Shown: positions 54,536 through 62,872 of the stretch, piece after piece | How positions within the stretch are numbered: the stretch's first letter is position 1 | Layout of the letters: every line of letters starts with the position of its first letter | Source: an uncultured Pseudomonadota bacterium | GTDB taxonomy: Bacteria; Oederibacteriota; Muellerivitia; Muellerivitales; Muellerivitaceae | Direction: 5' to 3' | DNA length: 64,000 bases | NCBI GenBank assembly: GCA_963843375.1 | Contig: CAWJKT010000011.1 | Location: 288,001 to 352,000 of the forward strand | Position numbers and translations under genes: made by a program | The notes under the pieces: model-generated | Databases searched by the model: none | Seen by the model: the letters and a program-made list of their open reading frames with translations, nothing else | What the model was told of the DNA's origin: nothing

Positions 54536-55328
54536 ATGACGACCCGAGAATTCCTTTTATCCGCCTGGGATTGGAATCCTTTACTGACAGCGGCCATTGT
54601 GCCACGGCCCTTCTTCTTTATGGATTGATCTGCCGATGGAAGTTCTCCCGAAAATCAATTTTTTTCCTCGCTGGGTCTGGTTCTTGCTTTTTTTAGCCCT
54701 GGCTTCCCCTATCAACCTTTCCCAAGGGTTATCTTTTCAGCGCCCACATGCTCCAGCATTTTTTACTGGTGTTGATCGTGCCGCCTCTTTTGTTACTGGG
54801 CCTGCCCGTGGCGGGGACCATATCCAGATTCCGGGTGGGCTTTTGCCTTTGGGCAGCCATCCACTGGTTGCCTGGTTTTCGGGGGTGGGCGCCATGTGGT
54901 TTTGGCACGTACCGGCTTTCTGTGATGCGGCGGCTTCGAATGGATCTGTTCATGCCCTCCAGACTTTTTCACTTTTATTCATGGGCGCGATTTTTTGGCG
55001 GCCACTCGTGGGGCCCCGGGTGGAAGAATGGATTCCCCCTCTCCTTGGGATTGTTTATCTTTTTACGGCCTGTATCGCCTGTTCGCTTTTGGGGATATGG
55101 ATCAGCTTCGCTCCCGTGAGTGTTTGCCCGGTTTTTATGAACCCTGTGGACAAGTTGGGCCTTCTGCCGATGATCCGCGGTTGGGGAGTGACCCCCGCTG
55201 CCGACCAGCAAATCGGCGGTCTCTTGATGTGGGTTCCCGCCTGCCTGGTTTACTTGGGCGCCATTCTGGTTCTTTTGCGCCGTTTCTACCGCCCCCGGAA
55301 AAATGAAAAGGAGAAAAATTATGGCTGA
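54536..55328 (+). CDS. ctaG: caa3-type CtaG assembly factor; frameshifted
   Basis: HMLQH..L....PPLLLLG (ORF 54748), WFWH.P, DQQIGGLLMWVP. Confidence 0.82.
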
Positions 55329-55542
55329 AACAAACGATTTCGAGAGGCCCCCCTTGCGGCCCGGATGGACCTTTATTCCTTGCGAAAAATGTCCCGGGCC
55401 AACCATTTGGCCCGCGGCACTGGCTTTGGGAACTGTTCTTCTGCTTTGGGGCTTGGTGACTTCATTCATTATGACGGCCGTGGGTTCGACTCTTTTGGTC
55501 GTCTCCATTGCCGGTTGGTTGGGGGAAATGCGCCATGAATGA
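55321..55542 (+). CDS. Small two-TM protein, possible oxidase accessory subunit
   Basis: PTIWP..LALG...WGL...GW.GE; GGAG RBS; position within the operon. Confidence 0.65.
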   Translation: MAETNDFERPPLRPGWTFIPCEKCPGPTIWPAALALGTVLLLWGLVTSFIMTAVGSTLLVVSIAGWLGEMRHE

Positions 55543-56041
55543 GAAAAATCTTCACCAAGTTGTCCGGGAACCGGAGAAGACTTCCCGGCGGACCTTTTTG
55601 GAAAGACTAATTTTAATCCTCGGGGGTTTAATCTCGTTGATGGTGGGCGTGCCTTTGGTGGGGTTTATTTTTAAGCCTCTTTTCAAGGCCTTGCCCCCGG
55701 TTTGGCGCCCTGTCGGCCAAGTGGATACATTCAACATCGGGGAAACCGTGGCCGTAACATTCCTTCAAGCCTCACCCCTGCCCTGGGCGGGGGTCACGGC
55801 TAAGACCGCCGCCTGGTTGAGGCGGGAAAGTGCCGAGGGCTTCACCGCTTTTTCTATCAGTTGCACTCATTTGGGTTGTCCTGTCCGCTGGCGGCCCGAT
55901 GCAGGGTTGTTCATGTGCCCCTGTCACGGCGGGGTCTACTACAAGGACGGAACGGTGGCCGCCGGACCGCCGCCCCATCCATTGCCGCGTTATCCGGCGC
56001 GAGTCAGGGATGACCAGGTTGAGATTTTAGTTAGTCTTTAA
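55535..56041 (+). CDS. Rieske 2Fe-2S subunit (QcrA-like)
   Basis: SRRTFL Tat motif; CTHLGC, CPCHGGVY, GPPP.PL. Confidence 0.93.
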   Translation: MNEKNLHQVVREPEKTSRRTFLERLILILGGLISLMVGVPLVGFIFKPLFKALPPVWRPVGQVDTFNIGETVAVTFLQASPLPWAGVTAKTAAWLRRESAEGFTAFSISCTHLGCPVRWRPDAGLFMCPCHGGVYYKDGTVAAGPPPHPLPRYPARVRDDQVEILVSL

Positions 56042-56051
56042 AGAGAGAACT

Positions 56052-57473
56052 TTGTTCAAAAAAATATTTGATAAAACTTATCAATGGCTGGAGGACCGCA
56101 CCGGTCTTTTCAGCATGATCGGCCGGATGGCCCGCCATCCCGTGCCCTCCGGTGCCCGCTGGTGGTACGTTTTCGGCAGCGCGACCTTGTGCGCCTTCCT
56201 GATCCAGGTGGCCAGCGGGATCGCCCTGGCCTTGTACTATATCCCTTCCGCGGATGAAGCCTACGTTACCCTTCAAACCATTACCCACGATACGGCCTTC
56301 GGAGGATTCGTCCGCGCTCTTCATTACTACGGTGCTTCCGCGATGGTGCTGATGGTGGGAGCCCACATGGCCCAGGTGTTTCTGCAAGGTTCTTATAAAT
56401 TTCCAAGGGAAATGAACTGGTTGACCGGCATCCTGCTTTTGGGGTTCACTTTGGTGATGGGCTTCACGGGACAAATTCTTCGTTGGGACCAGAACGCGGT
56501 CTGGACGGCGGTAGTTGCCGCCAAACAAGCCGCCCGCGCGCCCCTGGTCGGCAGTTGGCTGTCCATGCTGATACTCGGTGGCCCGACCGTGGGCGGCTCG
56601 ACCTTGAGCCGGATTTTTGTGGTCCATGTCTTCCTCATTCCGGCCCTGGTTTTTGCCTTCGTCGGGCTTCATTTGATGCTGGTCCTGCGCCACGGCATTT
56701 CCGAGCCCCCCCAACCGGGCCGAAAGGTGGACCCGAAAACCTATCGTCATGAATATGAGGACTCACTCAAGAAAGACGGGGTCCCCTTTTGGCCCGATGC
56801 GGCCTGGCGGGACATGGTTTTTGCGGCGGCCATGGTGGTTGGCATCATCCTCTTGGCCCTGGTCTTTGGACCTCCTGAATTGGGACACCCTCCGGATCCC
56901 AGCCTTATCGACGCCAACCCCCGGCCCGACTGGTATTTGATGTGGTATTTCGCGGTGCTGGCCCTTTTGCCTCACGGCATCGAAAGTTTTTTCATGGTTT
57001 TCGCGCCCCTCTTGGCGGGGGTTCTTTTGATTTTACTTCCCTTTATTTCCAACCACGGGGAACGTAGTCCCAGCCGCCGTCCCTGGGCAGCGGGGGCGGT
57101 CCTGATGGTGGTCGTGATGATCGGAGCTTTCTGGTGGGCCGGCGTGAAATCCAACTGGTCGCCCAATTTCAACGTGGAACCCTTACAGGTCAAAGTGGTG
57201 GGCGCAACCAGCGGGCCTATTTTCGAGGGAGCACGTCTTTTTGAGTTGAAGGGTTGTCTCAATTGCCACTTAATCCAGGGATATGGAGGCCGCAGGGGCC
57301 CGGACTTATCAGAAATCGGGGAGAAGCTTTCGGCGGGCCAGATGATTTTGCGCATTTCCAATGGAGCGTCCAATATGCCCGCTTACGCTTCGAGCCTCAC
57401 CCCGGCAGAAATGGACGATCTGGTTGCTTTTTTGCAATCGCGAAAATCAAATTGGAAGGCATCCAAATCATGA
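56052..57473 (+). CDS. Full-length cytochrome b fused to C-terminal cytochrome c
   Basis: RALHYYGAS, AHM, YKFPRE.NW, WDQ, PDWY, CLNCH. Confidence 0.92.
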   Translation: MFKKIFDKTYQWLEDRTGLFSMIGRMARHPVPSGARWWYVFGSATLCAFLIQVASGIALALYYIPSADEAYVTLQTITHDTAFGGFVRALHYYGASAMVLMVGAHMAQVFLQGSYKFPREMNWLTGILLLGFTLVMGFTGQILRWDQNAVWTAVVAAKQAARAPLVGSWLSMLILGGPTVGGSTLSRIFVVHVFLIPALVFAFVGLHLMLVLRHGISEPPQPGRKVDPKTYRHEYEDSLKKDGVPFWPDAAWRDMVFAAAMVVGIILLALVFGPPELGHPPDPSLIDANPRPDWYLMWYFAVLALLPHGIESFFMVFAPLLAGVLLILLPFISNHGERSPSRRPWAAGAVLMVVVMIGAFWWAGVKSNWSPNFNVEPLQVKVVGATSGPIFEGARLFELKGCLNCHLIQGYGGRRGPDLSEIGEKLSAGQMILRISNGASNMPAYASSLTPAEMDDLVAFLQSRKSNWKASKS

Positions 57474-57559
57474 ATGCCTTCATCTCCTTAAATACGTCTA
57501 CCGATTGAACCGTCCACGGAGCACTTTCCCCCACCTTTGGTGGCGATAAGGAGAAACAA
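57309..57559 (+). repeat. Direct repeat copy 1 (251 bp), matching 59390-59640
   Basis: Offset 2081; about 18 substitutions by hand alignment. Confidence 0.92.
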
Positions 57560-57742
57560 GAAGCTTAAAACTTATTTGACGGCAAGTTTAGAAGGAAACG
57601 GATTCTTGAAAGAGTTTTCTAGGCTGGCGGTTTCCGGGCGGGGGCTTTGAAGCGGGCTAATCCGAGTTAAGTAAAAACAGGCCGGGAGATTGTCCTGACC
57701 TGATCTTACTTAATCAATCCTTCAACGGTTGGGCCCAAGCCC

Positions 57743-58933
57743 TTAGGGTTGGGTGATAGAATTGGACGATAAGGCGACTTGGCCTGACTCCGCCAAAGCA
57801 CGGCCGGTCAGCTCAGCACTGGCGCCCAATGCGATGGAGCTGGCGTCCATGATTGTTCCTACGAATGAGACCGACGCTCCTAGATTGCTGACACCTGCCA
57901 CCTGCCAATAAACGTTGGCGGCTTGTGCTCCCCCGGTCAGGATGACCTGGACCTTGGCGGTGGAGGCAGTAAGGCCCCCCGCGACCTGGAAGATAAAGAA
58001 GGCGCAAGGGTTTCCCTCGGCATCAAGGGTGACATTAGAACCGATATTCAAGACTCCGCTGTCCGCATAAACGCCTGGGAAAAGTGTTTGGCCTCCAATA
58101 TCCGAACCGGCGGTGATGGTGTTAGTGCTGGTCAGATCCGCGGCTTGGGTATAGGCGTTGCTTAAATCCGTTTTCGCTGTGACGGCGGCTGGATCATCCA
58201 CATCCGTAGCCCCCGTACAGGCCACCACGGGCGCTCCTGTAACGGAAGACCCCGGGGACAACCCTAGGCCTCCACAAAGAGTGGTGGTTCCGGTATTGGT
58301 GATGGTGGAGCCGGCCAGGACCACATAATTCGCGGCTGTTCCAAGAGTAATCGGCGAGACACAGGTGCTCGTTGGGGTAGCCGTGGATGTCGCTGACAAG
58401 GACGCTCCAGTGGATGTGGGCGTTGCGGTAGCTGTGGATGAGGCTGACAAGGACGCTTCAGTTGACGTGGGAGTCGAGGTAGTCATAGTTGTCGAACAGG
58501 TTTCGGTCGCCGTGGGTGTTGAGGTCGAGGTGGGTATCGCGGTAATCGTAGATATCACGCACGTTCCGGTTGAGGTGGGTGTTGCCGTCGCTGTGAATGC
58601 GGCCAATGCTACGGTCGACGTGGGTGTTAAAGTCGCCAAGGGCATCGTACAGGTTTCGGTTGCCGTGGGGGTTGCGGTGGCCGTGTACATCACACAGGTT
58701 CCGGTTGCCGTGGAGGTTGCCGTTGCCGTGTACATCACACAGACTCCCGTTGCCGTGGGCGTTGAGGTAGCGGTGGGTGTCACGGACGTTCCGGTTGAGG
58801 TGGGCGTTGCAGTTATACTGGATGCCGGTGGGCCCACTGGACTTGAGGGACCCATGTTTTTAGCGCCGCATCCGACCATCAAAGCGGCTGCAAGCAATGT
58901 GATCAAAACCAAAAAGCCTTTAACTTTTTTCAA
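57743..58933 (-). CDS. DUF3494 ice-binding-family lipoprotein with Thr stalk
   Basis: MVGC lipobox; LGTAANY.VLAGSTITNTG, GGQTL.PGVY, TLDA.GN....FIFQ, GAQAANVYWQV, GRALA. Confidence 0.92.
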   Translation of the reverse strand: MKKVKGFLVLITLLAAALMVGCGAKNMGPSSPVGPPASSITATPTSTGTSVTPTATSTPTATGVCVMYTATATSTATGTCVMYTATATPTATETCTMPLATLTPTSTVALAAFTATATPTSTGTCVISTITAIPTSTSTPTATETCSTTMTTSTPTSTEASLSASSTATATPTSTGASLSATSTATPTSTCVSPITLGTAANYVVLAGSTITNTGTTTLCGGLGLSPGSSVTGAPVVACTGATDVDDPAAVTAKTDLSNAYTQAADLTSTNTITAGSDIGGQTLFPGVYADSGVLNIGSNVTLDAEGNPCAFFIFQVAGGLTASTAKVQVILTGGAQAANVYWQVAGVSNLGASVSFVGTIMDASSIALGASAELTGRALAESGQVALSSNSITQP

Positions 58934-58997
58934 TTTTTTTCTCCAAAAATATTTTTTTGAATTCCAAGGTTATTCACGAATCCAGGACAGGAGCTAG

Positions 58998-59013
58998 AGC
59001 AAGTAATGTGCCC
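58998..59013 (-). promoter_or_regulatory. Sigma54 promoter-like site GGGCACATTACTTGCT
   Basis: GGCAC-N5-TTGC 65 bp upstream of the DUF3494 gene start. Confidence 0.72.
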
Positions 59014-59389
59014 CGAAAATGCAAGGCTTAGGACAAATAGGGGATCCCTCTGGATAAACGGAAACACACGTTTAAGCCGATTCTGGTTTTCCATCGCGTC
59101 CTAGGATTGGAGCTGCCCAATCGGAATGATTTGGGTTCATGCAAGCCAAACGGCAAGATGCGCGAAAGTCCAACCCTGGATGAAGAGTAACGTTTTTAAT
59201 GGGATCGTTTGGGAAAGAATCAAAATGAGTTGTGAATTCTAACTTTGATTTCGTTTAAGGCGAAAGGTGGTCTAGGCAAACCGGATTAAAGGCCGTTTGT
59301 ATCCAAATGGAACAACGAGTACCAGTCTGGACTCCTCAGCGAAACTTTAAAAGAATGGAAAATCCATTCTCGTTCTTTTTTAAGGTTCT

Positions 59390-59640
59390 TCAGAAATCGG
59401 GGAGAAGCTTTCGGCGGGCCGGATGATTTTGCGCGGTTCCAATGGAGCGTCCAATATGTCCGCTTACGCTTCAAGCCTCACCCCGGCAGAAATGGGCGAT
59501 CTGGTGGCATTTTTACAATCGCGAAAATCAAATTGGAAGGCACCCAAGTCATGAATGCCTTCATCTCGTTAAATCCGTCTCTCGATAGAACCGTCCACGG
59601 AGCACTTTCCCCCACCTTTAGTGGCGATAAAGAGAAACAA
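59390..59640 (+). repeat. Direct repeat copy 2; contains an orphan copy of the cytochrome c 3' end
   Basis: See copy 1. Confidence 0.92.
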
Positions 59641-59991
59641 AAAACAGTAAAGCACCGCCATTTCGCCGTGATTGATGATCGGGAAAAAGTTGTTATCGGA
59701 GGCGAACTTCCAATGAAATTGGAAATAGGCCACCGCCATTTCACCGCTGGCCAGAAACGCGGCCATGGGGGTGAAAAACCCCGCCATAATCAACAGTCCG
59801 CAAAACAACTCAATGAGGCCGCCGAACCAAAGCTCGGAGCCTATCCGGGGCATCATGCTGGGGTCGGTCAACAACCCGAATATCTTCTGGGCTCCATGGA
59901 AGGAAAAAAGGAATCCGGCCACGATTCTCATTAAACTGTAGGCTATCTCCGAATACTTAGAAAATGGATGTATGATTTTTATCATTTGCAC
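59569..59991 (-). CDS. DoxX family membrane protein
   Basis: RIVAGFLF..HGAQK, G.IEL..G, AF.ASGEMAVAYF..H; AAGGAGG RBS. Confidence 0.92.
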   Translation of the reverse strand: MQMIKIIHPFSKYSEIAYSLMRIVAGFLFSFHGAQKIFGLLTDPSMMPRIGSELWFGGLIELFCGLLIMAGFFTPMAAFLASGEMAVAYFQFHWKFASDNNFFPIINHGEMAVLYCFLFLFIATKGGGKCSVDGSIERRI

Positions 59992-60106
59992 TACCTCCTT
60001 GAATTTTGGTGATTTTTAATTTTTACATAAGATCGTCATGAATCGCCTAAGGTGTGCAAATTGTTTTCAATTTGCATAACCTCCACGGGTGCCTTAAGAG
60101 CACAAG

Positions 60107-60361
60107 CTAGGTGTAATTCTCAAATTCTCCGTCGCTGACACGGGCTACGCGAATATTGTTGACGACTTCGTGCACGCCACCGATTCCCTGAACCAGGGTC
60201 ATGATTTCCCGCTTGCCTTCGAATTCGTTGGTGGTGCCGGACAGGTGAACCACGCCGCCTTTTGCCTGGACATGGATATGCTCCCCCATTTGGCGGATTC
60301 GGTTGTTGATCACGGATTCCAGTTCTACATCGCTTGAGTTCGAATGGGTTTCGTGGGCCAT
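60107..60361 (-). CDS. BON domain protein
   Basis: SD.EL...I...I.V....GVV.LSG...GV..VVN.I.V; GGAGG RBS. Confidence 0.85.
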   Translation of the reverse strand: MAHETHSNSSDVELESVINNRIRQMGEHIHVQAKGGVVHLSGTTNEFEGKREIMTLVQGIGGVHEVVNNIRVARVSDGEFENYT

Positions 60362-60517
60362 TTTTAACCTCCCGGAATTTTCCAGCTTGCTAGATTGGGA
60401 CAACTGATGAAGTTACAAGGTGGAGTTCAAACAAAAGGGCGAAAGCTTTTCGGCCCCGCCCTCCATGAAAACTTCAAAGAACCATTTCCTTAATTGCCCG
60501 GTTCCTTGTGGTTGATT

Positions 60518-60709
60518 TTAATGAATGCCGACCCCAACTCCCAGACTCACGCCACCATGGTTGTGATAATGGCGGTGGTGACGATGGTGATGATGGTACG
60601 GATGCGCCGGAACAACGATGACCGCCCCACCGCGGATATCATCGGCCATTGCGACCCCGGTAACGGTTACAAACAACACGGTCAACAAAACCTTGAATAA
60701 ACTTTTCAT
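60518..60709 (-). CDS. Small exported His-rich protein
   Basis: AAGGAG RBS; signal peptide; HPYHHHHRHHRHYHNH. Confidence 0.75.
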   Translation of the reverse strand: MKSLFKVLLTVLFVTVTGVAMADDIRGGAVIVVPAHPYHHHHRHHRHYHNHGGVSLGVGVGIH

Positions 60710-60747
60710 AATTTCTCCTTGCTTCTTAAACTTCTGGGTTGAGTAAG

Positions 60748-60764
60748 AGCAAGAAACGAGCCGT
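60748..60764 (-). promoter_or_regulatory. Sigma54 promoter-like site ACGGCTCGTTTCTTGCT
   Basis: GG-N10-GC; identical 17-mer at 62571. Confidence 0.7.
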
Positions 60765-60825
60765 CCTTTTGTGGGTTATTCAACGGTCTTGGGGAACCTT
60801 GGAAGGATGAATCCCGGTGAAAGGC

Positions 60826-60858
60826 ATCAAAATGAGAGCAGGAGATAACCATTTTGAT
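60826..60858. promoter_or_regulatory. Inverted repeat ATCAAAATG-N15-CATTTTGAT (putative enhancer)
   Basis: Perfect 9-bp arms. Confidence 0.7.
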
Positions 60859-60923
60859 TGGTTTTGGCGTTTGGAATGGGTTTAGGGTTGATCCTGAATG
60901 ATGAAATAACTTGTGGACTCCGA

Positions 60924-61580
60924 TTAAAGCGCCAAGAAGCTCAAGCCCAACTCCAAGGGGATGAAAATCGAAGGGTTGCCCAGGGGAATGCCTAATCCTT
61001 TGGGGGAAGTAAAATCCAGGTCGACCCTTGACTGAAGAAAAATCGCCATGTCACTTGAAAAACGGTAAAGGATTCCCATGCCTGGTGCCAAATAAAAGTC
61101 GGCCTCGGCTTCGCTGATTTTCGGCGCGAGACTTCCGGGGGGGCTGTTTTGGATGTAGGTGTTCAAGGCGATTCCCGCCCCTCCAAAAACATAGGGGCGA
61201 AAAAGACCGTCTCCAAAGGTCAAGCGCAAAATGCCCACCAGGGGAATATAGGCCAAGATGGCGCTGGTAGCGCCCGTGGAGGGAGGGATGTTGTATTGGT
61301 AGTAACCTGTTCCGATAAAAAAACAAATGGTCCTGTCGAGGCGGTAGCCGATGTTGATGTCCCCCCCGAATCCTAAGTTGGGTTCAAGGTTGCCAGTGAA
61401 GGAGGGAATGGAAAAACTGCCGTCGATTTGTTCCACCCATCTTTTATCCTGAGGCAGGCTGGATTGACTTTGGTCCGGACCCGAGACGCTCTGGCTTGGG
61501 TTCGAGTCCAAATCGTTCTGGCCCCTAACGGTGGAAAAGTTCAGAGTCCAAAGGAAAATCACAATGATTAAAAGTTTCAT
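60924..61580 (-). CDS. Outer-membrane beta-barrel protein (8-stranded type)
   Basis: Signal peptide; GFGG..NIGYR, YIPL, RPYVFGGAG, G.GILYRF. Confidence 0.75.
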   Translation of the reverse strand: MKLLIIVIFLWTLNFSTVRGQNDLDSNPSQSVSGPDQSQSSLPQDKRWVEQIDGSFSIPSFTGNLEPNLGFGGDINIGYRLDRTICFFIGTGYYQYNIPPSTGATSAILAYIPLVGILRLTFGDGLFRPYVFGGAGIALNTYIQNSPPGSLAPKISEAEADFYLAPGMGILYRFSSDMAIFLQSRVDLDFTSPKGLGIPLGNPSIFIPLELGLSFLAL

Positions 61581-61629
61581 TACCTACTCCCGAAAGTATT
61601 CAATGTACCGGAAAAGTAAGCGGCTTCGC

Positions 61630-62301
61630 CTAAGAGGCCGACGGAACGGGTTCTTTGGCCGGCAACATCACTTCTTGAAAGTAATTGCAGACGGGGCATC
61701 GAAAAACCTTCATTTCAAGGGGTTGGTGAACCTGGTAGGCTGCGGTGCATAAGGGACAGGTTGTTTTGAACCCCATTGGGCGGGAAGTGGAATAATCGAA
61801 AAGGGCAATGCCGGTTAAATCGTCAAAAAAAGAGCCGATCTGGAGGGGTGTCAAAAGCGCCAGCGCGGCGTCCGGCAAGGGGGTTGCCGCAGCATTGGAA
61901 TCCGCCAATTTTTCAGCAATTTTTACGACATAATCGGTCCAAGCGTTGGTGATGTAAAAGGTGACGTAGTTCTTGACGGCGGGCAGGTGAATGGAAATCC
62001 GTCTTAAATCCTCGCAATGCTCAAAAACCCAAACGTCCTTGCCCCCGGCAAAATTTGATTCCCCGAAAAACCAGTCGGGGGTCTTGGACAAGGTTGGAAC
62101 ATCGCTGTTTAAAATTAGAAAGACCGCATGGGAGGACGCTATCTCTTTTGGAAAGTCCTTCATCAGCGGTTTCCCGTCAATGATGTCCTCGTAATTTCTC
62201 CAAAGAGTCCCGATCTTAACCGTAGAGAAAATTTTTTCGAAAAACGGTTTGAACCTCTGGTCCGCGAAGCTGTCCACAATGAGGATCTGGCGCATGGTCA
62301 A
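61630..62301 (-). CDS. Hypothetical protein: TIR-like domain with C-terminal Zn ribbon
   Basis: EIASSHAVFLILNS...WFFGE...A..K.VWVF; CPLC...CPVC. Confidence 0.55.
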   Translation of the reverse strand: MTMRQILIVDSFADQRFKPFFEKIFSTVKIGTLWRNYEDIIDGKPLMKDFPKEIASSHAVFLILNSDVPTLSKTPDWFFGESNFAGGKDVWVFEHCEDLRRISIHLPAVKNYVTFYITNAWTDYVVKIAEKLADSNAAATPLPDAALALLTPLQIGSFFDDLTGIALFDYSTSRPMGFKTTCPLCTAAYQVHQPLEMKVFRCPVCNYFQEVMLPAKEPVPSAS

Positions 62302-62552
62302 TTTTTCTTTTTTGGGGCAGGCATTTTAGGTGGAAGAAGTTTCGGCGAGGTTGAAAGCGTCTTGAGGCTGTTCTGCAATTCTTTTTCCGCCAAGAGCCAA
62401 TCCTCCAACTCATTTCCCGGCTGGGCGTAACGCCCCCGATTCAACCAACTGTAATAAGCGGCTTCTTCAACTTTTTTTGTCGTCTCTTCCGCGGTTGGGA
62501 GGGGAGCGGTCTGGATCATGGTCAAATGGGTCATATCGGGTTCCTTTGTCAT
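62298..62552 (-). CDS. DUF2934-like small protein
   Basis: V...AYY.W..RG...G...EDWL.AE..L. Confidence 0.85.
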   Translation of the reverse strand: MTKEPDMTHLTMIQTAPLPTAEETTKKVEEAAYYSWLNRGRYAQPGNELEDWLLAEKELQNSLKTLSTSPKLLPPKMPAPKKKN

Positions 62553-62570
62553 ATCTCTTTACATGATAAA

Positions 62571-62587
62571 AGCAAGAAACGAGCCGT
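62571..62587 (-). promoter_or_regulatory. Sigma54 promoter-like site ACGGCTCGTTTCTTGCT
   Basis: GG-N10-GC just upstream of the DUF2934 gene. Confidence 0.7.
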
Positions 62588-62648
62588 ATTTCCGGAGTTT
62601 TAAACTGCTTTTATTGGCCTTCTTTGACGAATGCTTCCATCGAAAGGA

Positions 62649-62681
62649 ATCAAAATGAGTAATTGGAACCATCATTTTGAT
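62649..62681. promoter_or_regulatory. Inverted repeat ATCAAAATG-N15-CATTTTGAT (putative enhancer shared by divergent promoters)
   Basis: Perfect arms, lying between two divergent sigma54-like sites. Confidence 0.72.
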
Positions 62682-62790
62682 CTGGATCATCACGATTTTT
62701 GTGTGAAGTGGGGAGGCCTCAAAAAAACCCTCAGCCGGTGTTTTCTTTCCGGGGCAGGGGTTTCGGGGATTTGGAATCATTGAACCTTTG

Positions 62791-62806
62791 GGGCACGTTC
62801 CTTGCT
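62791..62806 (+). promoter_or_regulatory. Sigma54 promoter-like site GGGCACGTTCCTTGCT
   Basis: GGCAC-N5-TTGC upstream of the second DUF3494 gene. Confidence 0.75.
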
Positions 62807-62872
62807 CTAACACCTCTTCTGGATTTCATGATCGGCTTTGAGATTCAAATAAATATTTTGGGAAATAAAAAA

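Noticed and set aside
59286..59553. Short ORFs in the second 251-bp repeat
   Set aside because: Remnant of the duplicated cytochrome c 3' end, lacking the CxxCH motif and a start
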